Shown here: positions 46,504 through 55,798 of the stretch, in pieces | Numbering within the stretch: position 1 is the stretch's first letter | How the letters are laid out: each line of letters begins with the position of its first letter | Assembly (NCBI RefSeq): GCF_988242995.1 | Contig: NZ_OZ547043.1 | DNA: 64,000 bases | Reading direction: 5' to 3' (one strand) | Notes under the pieces: generated by a model | What the model was told of the DNA's origin: nothing | Databases searched by the model: none | Seen by the model: only the letters and a program-made list of their open reading frames with translations | Position numbers and translations under genes: made by a program

Positions 46504-47103
46504 ATGGCGCATATACAACTGGTCAAACAAACCTCTTCCGGATTACTTCTCCCGGCGACGCCGGAGAGTTGTGATTTTCTGCATCAAATCAAAATAGGCG
46601 AGTGGATACACGCAGACTTTAAGCGTGTGCGTAACTACGCATTCCACAAGCGTTTTTTCAAACTCCTGCAACTGGGATTCGATTACTGGACTCCGGTCGG
46701 TGGGGCGATCACGCCTCGCGAACGAGAACAGCTGTCTGGTTTCGTTGATTACCTGTGCGAATCAGTTGGTCGGGAACACACGCCAGCCCTGAGTGATGCC
46801 GCAGAGCAATATCTGAATACAGTTGCGACACGCAGAACCCGGGATACGGCATTGCTAAAGTCGTTTGAGGCTTTTCGCGAGTGGGTAACCATTCAGGCTG
46901 GATTTTACACCGAACATTTTTATCCGGACGGTAGCCGCGGGCGTCGGGCAAAATCTATCGCTTTTGCGAATATGGACGAAACCGAGTTTCAGCAGGTTTA
47001 TAAATCTGTTCTGAATGTGCTGTGGAACTGGATTCTGTTCCGTAAATTTTCCTCTCCGGAACAAGTCGAAAATGTGGCCGCGCAGCTGCTGGAGTTTGCG
47101 TAA
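46504..47103 (+). CDS. Phage nin-region protein, DUF1367 (YbcN-like)
   Basis: 199 aa; position between replication genes and Q. Confidence 0.6.
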   Translation: MAHIQLVKQTSSGLLLPATPESCDFLHQIKIGEWIHADFKRVRNYAFHKRFFKLLQLGFDYWTPVGGAITPREREQLSGFVDYLCESVGREHTPALSDAAEQYLNTVATRRTRDTALLKSFEAFREWVTIQAGFYTEHFYPDGSRGRRAKSIAFANMDETEFQQVYKSVLNVLWNWILFRKFSSPEQVENVAAQLLEFA

Positions 47104-47393
47104 TGGTGGATTTACGTAAAGCGGCGCGGGGGCAGATGTGCACCGTCAGAATTCCTGGCTACTGCAATCACAATCCCGAAACATCTGTGCTGGCGCATTA
47201 CAGGCTGGCGGGGACGTGCGGAACAGCGACAAAACCACACGATATGCAGGCAGCGATTGCCTGTAGCTCATGCCACGATTTAATCGACGGGCGGGTAAAA
47301 ACCAGCGATTACACCAAAGAAGAATTACGCCTGATGCATGCAGAAGGTGTTTTTCGCACACAAGAAATCTGGAGAAAGGAAGGTTATTTATGA
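47103..47393 (+). CDS. Phage nin-region Cys-rich protein, DUF1364 (YbcO-like)
   Basis: 96 aa with CxxC...CxxC spacing (CTVRIPGYC, CSSCHD). Confidence 0.6.
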   Translation: MVDLRKAARGQMCTVRIPGYCNHNPETSVLAHYRLAGTCGTATKPHDMQAAIACSSCHDLIDGRVKTSDYTKEELRLMHAEGVFRTQEIWRKEGYL

Positions 47394-47932
47394 TTTACCC
47401 AACAAATACAGGCAAAAGCGGGGAACACCTTCGTCTCACCACGCTGGAAAGTGTCTGGATTCAGGGAAAACTGCGCATGTGGGGGCGCTGGTCGTATATT
47501 GGCGGCGGTAAGACGGGAAATATGTTTAACCAGTTGCTGGCATCCAAAAAATTGACGAAAACAGCCGTCAATGAAGCCCTGCGCAGGATGAAAAAAGCGG
47601 GAATAGAGAAACCTGAGCTGGAAGCGTTTTTGCGAGAGATGATCAATGGCAAGCAAAAGACCTGGCTGGCGCATTGTACTGATGCAGAGGCGTTATGTAT
47701 TGATAGAGTCATAAGTGAGGTGCTGGCAGAGCATCCTGGATTGATTAGTGTCCTCCGGCAACGGTATGAAGGACGGGGGATGACTAAGCGCAAAATGGCT
47801 GAATTGCTAAATGATGCACATCCTGAGTGGTGTTTTAGCACATGCGAAAAGCGAATTGCTAATTGGTTGGCTGTTGCTGAGTATGCCCTATATATTCCCA
47901 TGCGAGAATTATTTGCTCAAAAAATAGCTTGA
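47390..47932 (+). CDS. Late-gene antiterminator Q-like protein
   Basis: 180 aa from MIYPTNTGKSGEHLRLTTLE; immediately upstream of lysis region. Confidence 0.6.
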   Translation: MIYPTNTGKSGEHLRLTTLESVWIQGKLRMWGRWSYIGGGKTGNMFNQLLASKKLTKTAVNEALRRMKKAGIEKPELEAFLREMINGKQKTWLAHCTDAEALCIDRVISEVLAEHPGLISVLRQRYEGRGMTKRKMAELLNDAHPEWCFSTCEKRIANWLAVAEYALYIPMRELFAQKIA

Positions 47933-48038
47933 TTTTTTACGCATAAACTGCTTCAATTCCGGTATGCTTCGCAAAGCTGTATCGCGAGGCGAACCAAGCG
48001 CATGAACTTTACCAGAACCCGCCATTGAGCGGGTTTTG

Positions 48039-48751
48039 TTGTGCACAGAAAACCCCCAGCTAGGCTGGGGGTTCCGGAAAGCTTTCAGCTTTGAGCCAGT
48101 TATTAAAACCCCTTTTGATTTGTTAAAACACTTTGCGGTCTGGCAACTGCAAGTGTCAAACAAGAAATCAAAAGGGGGTCCCAATGGGGAACGAAAAGAG
48201 CTTAGCGCACACCCGATGGAACTGTAAATATCACATAGTTTTTGCGCCAAAATACCGAAGACAGGTGTTCTACAGAGAGAAGCGTAGAGCAATAGGCAGT
48301 ATTTTGAGAAAGCTGTGTGAGTGGAAAAGCGTACGGATTCTGGAAGCTGAATGCTGTGCAGATTATATCCATATGCTTGTGGAGATCCCGCCCAAAATGA
48401 GCGTATCCGGCTTTATGGGATATCTGAAAGGGAAAAGCAGTCTGATGCTTTACGAGCAGTTTGGTGATTTGAAATTCAAATACAGGAACAGGGAGTTCTG
48501 GTGCAGAGGGTACTACGTCGATACAGTGGGTAAGAACACGGCGAAGATACAGGATTACATAAAGCACCAGCTTGAAGAGGATAAAATGGGAGAGCAGTTA
48601 TCGATTCCCTATCCGGGCAGCCCGTTTACGGGCCGTAAGTAACGAAGTTGGATGCAAATGTCAGATCGTGTGCGCCTGTTAGGGCGCGGCTGGTAAGAGA
48701 GCCTTATAGGCGCATTTGAAAAACCTCCGGCTATGCCGGAGGATATTTATT
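48039..48751 (+). mobile_element. IS200-type insertion sequence, copy B
   Basis: Near-identical to copy A, same orientation, same terminal hairpins. Confidence 0.9.
48184..48642 (+). CDS. tnpA: IS200/IS605 family Y1 transposase TnpA
   Basis: Identical 152 aa product to copy A. Confidence 0.92.
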   Translation: MGNEKSLAHTRWNCKYHIVFAPKYRRQVFYREKRRAIGSILRKLCEWKSVRILEAECCADYIHMLVEIPPKMSVSGFMGYLKGKSSLMLYEQFGDLKFKYRNREFWCRGYYVDTVGKNTAKIQDYIKHQLEEDKMGEQLSIPYPGSPFTGRK

Positions 48752-48864
48752 GTTTCTGGTACTGGCGAACCTGATGTTTCATTTCTGGAGCGCGATTCCT
48801 GGCGGAATACCTAGAATCGAGACATTCTGGTAAAATTGTTTTCAGTACAGGATGTGGAGGTGAG

Positions 48865-49434
48865 ATGAGAGAACTACCTAAAGATTATTTTTTAGGAGTA
48901 GATGATGAGCTCGTCGATTATCTTGAAAAACAAGGGGAAGAGACGATACGAGAGATTCATCTTTCTAACAAAACCAATGTTGAGAATGGATACAAACTTC
49001 TGAACATTCAGATTGTTGGAATTGGTTCATCTTTTTTATTGCTGACACAGAAAACTAATTTCGATTTTCTCACCGCCGGAATTACCACATTTACATTACT
49101 ATGGACATGGTGCGCCATTTACTTGGTATGTACTGGTTTATCTGTGAAGGTTAGGGGCCTGATCAATGCCCCTCCTGATCATCTATATCATGAAAAATAT
49201 AAGGATATGGAGCCCTCGAGCTTTAAAATATTCGCTGATGCAGGATATTTAGGACCTGATAAGTTATTGCCGCTTATACGAAGGTATCGCCTTGTTGACT
49301 TGAGTGATACAGCAAGAGAGTTACTGTTGGAAAATGAGAAAATCCGCACGAGTCTCGATAAAGCAAGGATGTATACCATCCTTGCTCCGGTAGCGGCGAT
49401 GTTTATCTCGGCTGTTTTTTTATATGTTCAATGA
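48865..49434 (+). CDS. Hypothetical membrane protein (cargo between Q and holin)
   Basis: 189 aa with hydrophobic segments (GIGSSFLLLTQ, TFTLLWTWCAIYLVCTGL, ILAPVAAMFISAVFLYV); AT-rich. Confidence 0.5.
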   Translation: MRELPKDYFLGVDDELVDYLEKQGEETIREIHLSNKTNVENGYKLLNIQIVGIGSSFLLLTQKTNFDFLTAGITTFTLLWTWCAIYLVCTGLSVKVRGLINAPPDHLYHEKYKDMEPSSFKIFADAGYLGPDKLLPLIRRYRLVDLSDTARELLLENEKIRTSLDKARMYTILAPVAAMFISAVFLYVQ

Positions 49435-49659
49435 CTGAGTCGGCAGAATCTCCAACAAAAACACGACGTGTAGCAAAGTCTGTAGTACTTTGTGTTGGAG
49501 TTGGTTTTGGTGCCACGGGGTGCTGAGGTTTATTTTCACCTTGTGGTTTGTTTTTTTCAGACATAAAAATCCTCTTTGTTTGAATTGTTACTTTTGGCGA
49601 TTTAACGATATCAAACACGAGTATATACCGCCAGAAGCTTAATCTGGCACTCCATCTGA

Positions 49660-49685
49660 CCCCGGCATGTCCCGGGGCTTTTTCG
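49660..49685 (+). terminator. Hairpin plus T-run upstream of holin (possible tR'-like terminator)
   Basis: CCCCGG-CATGTC-CCGGGG followed by CTTTTT. Confidence 0.4.
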
Positions 49686-49781
49686 TTGTTAGGCTCCGGA
49701 AACATCCTCGACTTCTTGTTAGCAAGCCTGAGAGCCTGAATCTTACACTTAGCACCATCCGAACTCTCGGAGGTGAGGCTT

Positions 49782-50123
49782 ATGAAAATGCACAATGCCC
49801 CTCATTCCTGGCCTGACTTACTGGAACTCTTACAAAGTTGGTGGCGTGGAGATACGCCGCTGGGTGCAGTGGTTATGTCAATTATTATGGCTGGTTTGCG
49901 CATTGCCTATTTTGGCGGTGGCGGCGGCTGGAAACGAAAAACGCTTGAGATTCTGCTTTGTGGTGCTCTGACGCTGACCTTTGCATCCGCGCTTGAGTAT
50001 GTCGGATGGCCTAAATCACTTTCTGTTGCCATTGGTGGTGGGGTGGGGCTGATTGGTGTTGATGCTATTCGTAGTGCGGCAATGAGGGTCATCGGTAACA
50101 AGTTCGGTGCCCATAAGGAGTAA
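49782..50123 (+). CDS. Class I holin with dual-start motif
   Basis: 113 aa from MKMHNAPHS (Met-Lys-Met like lambda S107/S105); hydrophobic segments; upstream of endolysin. Confidence 0.75.
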   Translation: MKMHNAPHSWPDLLELLQSWWRGDTPLGAVVMSIIMAGLRIAYFGGGGGWKRKTLEILLCGALTLTFASALEYVGWPKSLSVAIGGGVGLIGVDAIRSAAMRVIGNKFGAHKE

Positions 50124-50126
50124 TTA

Positions 50127-50603
50127 ATGCAGACACTTAATTCCCAGCGTAAAGCTTTCCTTGATATGGTGGCATGGTCAGAAGGAACAGATAACGGACG
50201 GCAGAAAACCAGAAATCACGGTTATGATATTATTGTCGGTGGCGAACTGTTCACTGATTACTCCGATCACCCCCGCAAACTTGTCACGCTAAATCCGAAA
50301 CTCAAATCAACAGCCGCTGGACGTTACCAGCTTCTTTCACGCTGGTGGGATGCCTACCGCAAGCAACTTGGCCTGAAAGATTTTTCTCCAGAAAGTCAGG
50401 ATGCTGTAGCGCTGCAGCAGATTAAAGAGCGTGGCGCTTTGCCGATGATTGATCGCGGTGATATCCGTCAGGCTATCGACCGTTGCAGCAATATATGGGC
50501 TTCACTGCCGGGCGCTGGTTATGGTCAGTTCGAGCATAAGGCTGACAGTCTGATTGCAAAATTCAAAGAAGCTGGCGGAACGGTCAGAGAGATTGAGGTA
50601 TGA
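50127..50603 (+). CDS. Lambda R-like endolysin (lytic transglycosylase)
   Basis: 158 aa; near-identical over most of its length to lambda R as recalled ([28 protein letters not shown]). Confidence 0.92.
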   Translation: MQTLNSQRKAFLDMVAWSEGTDNGRQKTRNHGYDIIVGGELFTDYSDHPRKLVTLNPKLKSTAAGRYQLLSRWWDAYRKQLGLKDFSPESQDAVALQQIKERGALPMIDRGDIRQAIDRCSNIWASLPGAGYGQFEHKADSLIAKFKEAGGTVREIEV

Positions 50604-51064
50604 GCAGAGTAACCGCGATTATCTCCGCTCTGGTTATCTGCATCGTCGTCTGCCTGTCATGGGGTGTTAATCATTACCGTGATAACGCCATCGCCTACAA
50701 AGAACAGCGCGACAAAAATGCCAGAGAACTGAAGCTGGCGAACGCGGCAATTACTGAGATGCAGATGCGTCAGCGTGATGTTGCTGCGCTCGATGCAAAA
50801 TACACGAAGGAGTTAGCTGATGCGAAAGCTGAAAATGATGCTCTGCGTGATGATGTTGCCGCTGGTCGTCGTCGGTTGCACATCAAAGCAGTCTGTCAGT
50901 CAGTGCGTGAAGCCACCACCGCCTCCGGCGTGGATAATGCAGCCTCCCCCCGACTGGCAGACACCGCTGAACGGGATTATTTCACCCTCCGGGAACGACT
51001 GGTAATGATGCAGGCCCAACTTGAAGGTGCTCAGCAATACATAACCGAGCAGTGTTTAAAGTAA
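50600..51064 (+). CDS. Spanin inner-membrane subunit Rz
   Basis: 154 aa [30 protein letters not shown]; overlaps endolysin stop. Confidence 0.9.
   Translation: MSRVTAIISALVICIVVCLSWGVNHYRDNAIAYKEQRDKNARELKLANAAITEMQMRQRDVAALDAKYTKELADAKAENDALRDDVAAGRRRLHIKAVCQSVREATTASGVDNAASPRLADTAERDYFTLRERLVMMQAQLEGAQQYITEQCLK
50820..51005 (+). CDS. Spanin outer-membrane lipoprotein Rz1 (embedded in Rz, +1 frame)
   Basis: 61 aa; lipobox VVGC and proline-rich [15 protein letters not shown]. Confidence 0.88.
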   Translation: MRKLKMMLCVMMLPLVVVGCTSKQSVSQCVKPPPPPAWIMQPPPDWQTPLNGIISPSGNDW

Positions 51065-51201
51065 AATCTTAACTACAATATGATTCATTTTGATGATTGT
51101 TTCATAAGGAACAGTGAAGTAAGATCTAAGAGGAGTTAAATTTTATACAGTATAATCATAATATTGCAGCAAGGTGGTTATAATTGAAAGAATATTTAGA
51201 T

Positions 51202-52659
51202 ATGAATACATCTCATGTAAGAGTTGTTACTCATATGTGTGGGTTCCTGGTTTGGCTCTATAGTCTTTCAATGTTGCCACCAATGGTTGTAGCATTGTTT
51301 TATAAAGAAAAAAGCCTGTTTGTTTTCTTTATAACTTTCGTTATATTTTTTTGCATTGGTGGCGGAGCGTGGTATACAACTAAGAAATCTGGCATTCAAT
51401 TACGTACCCGTGATGGGTTTATTATAATTGTAATGTTTTGGATTTTGTTTTCTGTTATTAGTGCATTCCCTTTATGGATTGACTCAGAACTTAATTTAAC
51501 GTTCATTGATGCTCTGTTTGAAGGGGTTTCTGGAATAACAACAACAGGAGCAACTGTAATTGATGATGTTAGTTCATTACCTCGGGCATATTTGTACTAT
51601 CGGTCACAGTTAAATTTTATAGGTGGTTTAGGAGTTATTGTTCTGGCGGTTGCTGTATTGCCATTATTGGGTATTGGTGGTGCAAAGCTTTATCAGTCAG
51701 AAATGCCGGGGCCATTTAAGGATGACAAACTCACTCCCCGCCTGGCCGATACGTCACGGACACTGTGGATAACTTATTCTTTATTAGGTATTGCTTGTAT
51801 TGTCTGTTATAGACTTGCAGGAATGCCTTTGTTTGATGCTATTTGTCACGGGATTTCCACAGTTTCGCTTGGTGGTTTCTCAACTCATAGCGAGAGTATC
51901 GGATATTTTAATAACTATTTGGTTGAGCTGGTGGCTGGTTCTTTTTCCCTGCTATCGGCTTTCAACTTCACTCTTTGGTATATTGTTATTAGCAGGAAAA
52001 CGATAAAACCTTTAATCAGAGATATTGAACTTCGTTTCTTTCTGTTAATAGCCTTAGGTGTGATCATTGTTACCTCTTTCCAGGTCTGGCATATAGGTAT
52101 GTATGACTTGCATGGAAGTTTTATTCATTCGTTTTTTCTTGCCAGCTCCATGCTCACTGATAATGGTTTAGCTACGCAGGATTATGCAAGTTGGCCCACG
52201 CACACGATAGTGTTTTTGCTGTTGTCAAGTTTCTTTGGGGGATGTATAGGTTCAACTTGTGGTGGAATTAAGTCACTTCGATTTCTTATACTTTTCAAAC
52301 AAAGCAAACACGAGATAAATCAGCTTTCTCATCCCAGAGCGTTGTTGAGTGTAAATGTAGGAGGGAAGATAGTTACAGATCGTGTAATGAGGTCTGTATG
52401 GAGTTTCTTTTTTCTTTATACTCTCTTCACGGTGTTTTTTATACTGGTGTTAAATGGTATGGGATATGATTTTCTTACATCATTTGCAACAGTGGCTGCA
52501 TGCATTAATAATATGGGATTAGGTTTTGGGGCTACTGCATCGTCATTCGGAGTGCTTAATGACATTGCAAAATGTTTAATGTGCATAGCTATGATTCTTG
52601 GTCGCCTTGAAATTTATCCTGTTATTATATTGTTTTCAGGTTTTTTTTGGCGCTCCTAA
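51202..52659 (+). CDS. trkG: Potassium uptake protein TrkG (TrkH paralogue, prophage-borne)
   Basis: 485 aa from MNTSHVRVVTHMCGFLVWLYS; AT-rich codon usage. Confidence 0.92.
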   Translation: MNTSHVRVVTHMCGFLVWLYSLSMLPPMVVALFYKEKSLFVFFITFVIFFCIGGGAWYTTKKSGIQLRTRDGFIIIVMFWILFSVISAFPLWIDSELNLTFIDALFEGVSGITTTGATVIDDVSSLPRAYLYYRSQLNFIGGLGVIVLAVAVLPLLGIGGAKLYQSEMPGPFKDDKLTPRLADTSRTLWITYSLLGIACIVCYRLAGMPLFDAICHGISTVSLGGFSTHSESIGYFNNYLVELVAGSFSLLSAFNFTLWYIVISRKTIKPLIRDIELRFFLLIALGVIIVTSFQVWHIGMYDLHGSFIHSFFLASSMLTDNGLATQDYASWPTHTIVFLLLSSFFGGCIGSTCGGIKSLRFLILFKQSKHEINQLSHPRALLSVNVGGKIVTDRVMRSVWSFFFLYTLFTVFFILVLNGMGYDFLTSFATVAACINNMGLGFGATASSFGVLNDIAKCLMCIAMILGRLEIYPVIILFSGFFWRS

Positions 52660-52796
52660 TATATGGCTGATTTATAATTGTGAGTTTAATATTATGTTGA
52701 CTCACTCATTGATCCAATACCTAACTTTACCAGCAACACCTCCGTCCCCAGTAGCACTGGCTGCTGGGGTGCGTTTTATTCATAAAGCAAGGCTGT

Positions 52797-53588
52797 ATGA
52801 GCGAGAAATTAAAGATAGTCTATCGCCCATTACAAGAATTGTCACCGTATGCGCACAACGCCAGGACGCACAGTACTGAGCAGGTGGCACAACTGGTAGA
52901 AAGTATTAAGCAATTCGGCTGGACTAATCCGGTGCTGATTGACGAAAAGGGCGAAATTATTGCGGGTCACGGTCGTGTTATGGCGGCTGAAATGCTCAAA
53001 ATGGATTCTGTTCCGGTCATTGTTCTGTCTGGCCTGACGGATGAGCAGAAAAAGGCGTACCGCCTGGCAGATAATCGCCTGCCGATGAATGCTGGCTGGG
53101 ATGAAGATCTGTTGCGGATGGAGCTGTCGGACCTAATCAATGCTGATTTTGATGTCTCCCTGACAGGCTTCATCCCGACAGAAATTGATGAACTGTTGAC
53201 GGATGTTTTGCCCGGTACAGGAAATGAGGAGGAGCCGTATACGACGAAAATTGATACGCCTGTTTATGAGCCGTCGGGCGGTAAACCGGATATCAGTGAA
53301 CTGTACGACGATACGAAAACTCAGGAGCTGATCAGCCGGATACGTTCGGCGTCCCTTGAGCCTGATATTGAGAAATTCCTCCTGTGTGCGGCAGAACGTC
53401 ACACGGTGTTTAATTTCAGCAGAATTGCGGACTATTACGCTCACGCCCCCTCTGAAATTCAGTGTTTTTTCGAGGAGTCGGCGCTGGTGATCATTGATTA
53501 TCAGCAGGCTATTGAAAATGGATTTGTCCGGATGACGCAGCGCATGGTGGAGATCATGCATGGTGGTGAGGAGGAGGAATATGCGTGA
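52797..53588 (+). CDS. ParB-like nuclease domain protein (full-length counterpart of K-12 ynaK)
   Basis: 263 aa; ParB/Srx-type motif IIAGHGRVMAA. Confidence 0.65.
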   Translation: MSEKLKIVYRPLQELSPYAHNARTHSTEQVAQLVESIKQFGWTNPVLIDEKGEIIAGHGRVMAAEMLKMDSVPVIVLSGLTDEQKKAYRLADNRLPMNAGWDEDLLRMELSDLINADFDVSLTGFIPTEIDELLTDVLPGTGNEEEPYTTKIDTPVYEPSGGKPDISELYDDTKTQELISRIRSASLEPDIEKFLLCAAERHTVFNFSRIADYYAHAPSEIQCFFEESALVIIDYQQAIENGFVRMTQRMVEIMHGGEEEEYA

Positions 53589-54513
53589 TGATTTTTGCGC
53601 CTTTATTCTGACTCACGGGCGACCGGACAAAGTTCTGACTTACCGGACGTTGCGTCGTGCTGGCTATACCGGGAAAATTTTTATCGTTGTTGATGATGAA
53701 GATAAGACACGGCATCAGTACATGGCTGAATTTGGTGAACAGGTGCTGGTGTTTTCCAAAGCCGATATCGCCAGTCGTTTTGACGAAGCCGATAATTTCT
53801 GTGACCGCCGCTCAATTTTTTACGCCCGTAATGCCTGTTTCGACCTGGCAAAACTGGTCGGGTGTAAATACTTCATTCAGCTCGATGATGATTATCACGA
53901 GTTCCAGTTTCGGGTGGATCGCAACTATGACCAGGCCTATTTTCCGATAAGGAAACTGGATGCGATCCTTTCTGAAATGCTGGCGTACTACGAATCAATA
54001 CCTGCTCTTTCCATCGCTATGTCGCAGGGCGGGGATTTTCTTGGTGACAATGGCGGCCATGCTTCGTGGGTGAAACGCAAGGCAATGAACAGCTTTATCT
54101 GTTCGGTTGATCGACCGTTCTCATTCATGGGGCGCATTAACGAGGATGTGAATACGTACACGAATCTCGGTCGCTGTGGTGAATTGTTTATGACGATCGG
54201 TGCTGTCCAGTTAGGGCAGAAACAGACGCAGAAAAACAGCGGCGGAATGACCGAGCTGTATCTGGATTCCGGAACCTACGTTAAAAGTTTTTACTCCGTC
54301 ATGTATGCGCCGTCGTGCGTAAAAATTTCACTGATGGGTGCCAGCCATAAACGCATTCACCATCAGGTCACCTGGAACAACGCTGCAGTAAAAATCCTTC
54401 ACGAAAAATACAGGAAGAAGACACCCTGCATATCAATGGGGGTGACAAATGATTCCGTATTCGAAAGTCGAGTCTCTGGCAGCGTGCCGGATGACTGCAC
54501 AACAAATCGCTGA
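53581..54513 (+). CDS. Hypothetical protein with acidic DDDY motif, function unknown
   Basis: about 310 aa from MRDDFCAFILTHGRPDKV; IFIVVDDEDK and FIQLDDDYHEF segments. Confidence 0.5.
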   Translation: MRDDFCAFILTHGRPDKVLTYRTLRRAGYTGKIFIVVDDEDKTRHQYMAEFGEQVLVFSKADIASRFDEADNFCDRRSIFYARNACFDLAKLVGCKYFIQLDDDYHEFQFRVDRNYDQAYFPIRKLDAILSEMLAYYESIPALSIAMSQGGDFLGDNGGHASWVKRKAMNSFICSVDRPFSFMGRINEDVNTYTNLGRCGELFMTIGAVQLGQKQTQKNSGGMTELYLDSGTYVKSFYSVMYAPSCVKISLMGASHKRIHHQVTWNNAAVKILHEKYRKKTPCISMGVTNDSVFESRVSGSVPDDCTTNR

Positions 54514-54700
54514 CGTTCTGGATGTTGATCTGAACCGACTGAAAGAAAATCGGGAAGCAATGACAGATTTTTATGCGGCCATCCGTAAGGGCAGAGCGAA
54601 AGGTGAAGCCGAGTTACGAGCGGCATTGTTTAAGCTTGCCAGAAAAGGGGATGCCTTTGCTCTGCGCGAACTACTCAGGGTGGATAAAAATCAGGACTAA
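54491..54700 (+). CDS. Small hypothetical protein upstream of terminase (start uncertain)
   Basis: ORF 54449..54700; internal Met MTAQQIADVLDV gives about 69 aa. Confidence 0.4.
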   Translation: MTAQQIADVLDVDLNRLKENREAMTDFYAAIRKGRAKGEAELRAALFKLARKGDAFALRELLRVDKNQD

Positions 54701-54703
54701 CTG

Positions 54704-55798
54704 ATGAGCAGACCGGACTGGGGGGCGTTGCAGCAGGAGTATATTGCTGAATACACCCGCTCCGGTATATCTCCGGTGGCATGGTGTGAAGCAAGGGGAC
54801 TGAATTACGCAACAGCCCGTCGTTACATCAAAAAAACTCCGAAAAATGCGCAGACAGAAATGTGCAAAACTGCGCAAAAAAGTGCGCAGAAAAAATCTGC
54901 GCAGACTGCACAAAAGCGGAACGAAAAATCTCAGGAAAAAAAGCCAGTATTCGATGCGGGCCTGAATGAGGGCGACGCGGAGGAATTTTCGTTCTGTCCC
55001 GATGAATTCGGCATTTCTGACCAGCAGGCTAAGTTTGCGATGCTTGTTGCTCAGGGTAAAAAGCCGACAGAGGCGTACCGACTAGCCGGTTATGAGGGGC
55101 AAGGTGCGACAGCTAACAGCAACGCCAGTCGTATGCTTAGAAATGCCAGGGTTTTTCGCGCTATCAGCTACTTCCGCAATCAGTACCAGAAACGCTATAC
55201 CGCAGACCTGGATTTACTAGTGAGTCAGTTGATGGCTATTGTCCTGGCCGACCCCAATCAGCTTGCACAATTTCGCCGTGTTAACTGCCGTTATTGCTGG
55301 GGCGAGAATCATCTCTACCAGTGGCGCGATATAGCAGAATTCGACAAGGCAGCGGCGCAGGCTTCCAGAGATGGCAAACCCGAACCGGAATATGGAGGCC
55401 TCGGCTTTGTTGATAACGCCATACCCAATCCGGACTGCCCGAAGTGCTGCGGTGAGGGAACGGGACAGCTTTATATGGCTGATACCACTCTGCTTGATGG
55501 GGATGCGCGGCAATTATATGCAGGGGCAAAATTCGGAAAATTCGGCGTTGAGATCCTGCTGGAGGATAAGGCTGCCGCCCGGCGTGAATTGTTGCGTTTG
55601 TTTTCTGCTGGCGGGGCTTTATGTGCAGATAAACGGCTACAGGAACTGGAAATTGAACGGCGCAGAATGGAAAACCAGAAGCTGCGCAAAGAGATCGAAA
55701 CGGTGGAAGATAATGAACATCCCCAGCCTGTGGCGATCAATATTAATGTGGTTGATGCCAGAGTAAGGAGTGATGAAGATGATCTCTCCGACGCTTAA
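54704..55798 (+). CDS. Terminase small subunit (candidate)
   Basis: 364 aa; N-terminal HTH-like SGISPVAWCEARGLNYATARRYIKK; directly upstream of large terminase. Confidence 0.55.
   Translation: MSRPDWGALQQEYIAEYTRSGISPVAWCEARGLNYATARRYIKKTPKNAQTEMCKTAQKSAQKKSAQTAQKRNEKSQEKKPVFDAGLNEGDAEEFSFCPDEFGISDQQAKFAMLVAQGKKPTEAYRLAGYEGQGATANSNASRMLRNARVFRAISYFRNQYQKRYTADLDLLVSQLMAIVLADPNQLAQFRRVNCRYCWGENHLYQWRDIAEFDKAAAQASRDGKPEPEYGGLGFVDNAIPNPDCPKCCGEGTGQLYMADTTLLDGDARQLYAGAKFGKFGVEILLEDKAAARRELLRLFSAGGALCADKRLQELEIERRRMENQKLRKEIETVEDNEHPQPVAININVVDARVRSDEDDLSDA

Noticed and set aside
49403-49795. 130-aa minus-strand ORF between the cargo membrane protein and holin
   Set aside because: Most of it overlaps the plus-strand terminator hairpin and holin start region. 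A shorter internal frame (MSEKNKPQGENKPQ...) cannot be excluded, but there is no clear RBS and it runs against the local transcription direction.
55217-55740. Several minus-strand ORFs (82-98 aa) within terminase small subunit gene
   Set aside because: Antisense to a long coherent plus-strand frame in a tightly packed co-directional phage operon.
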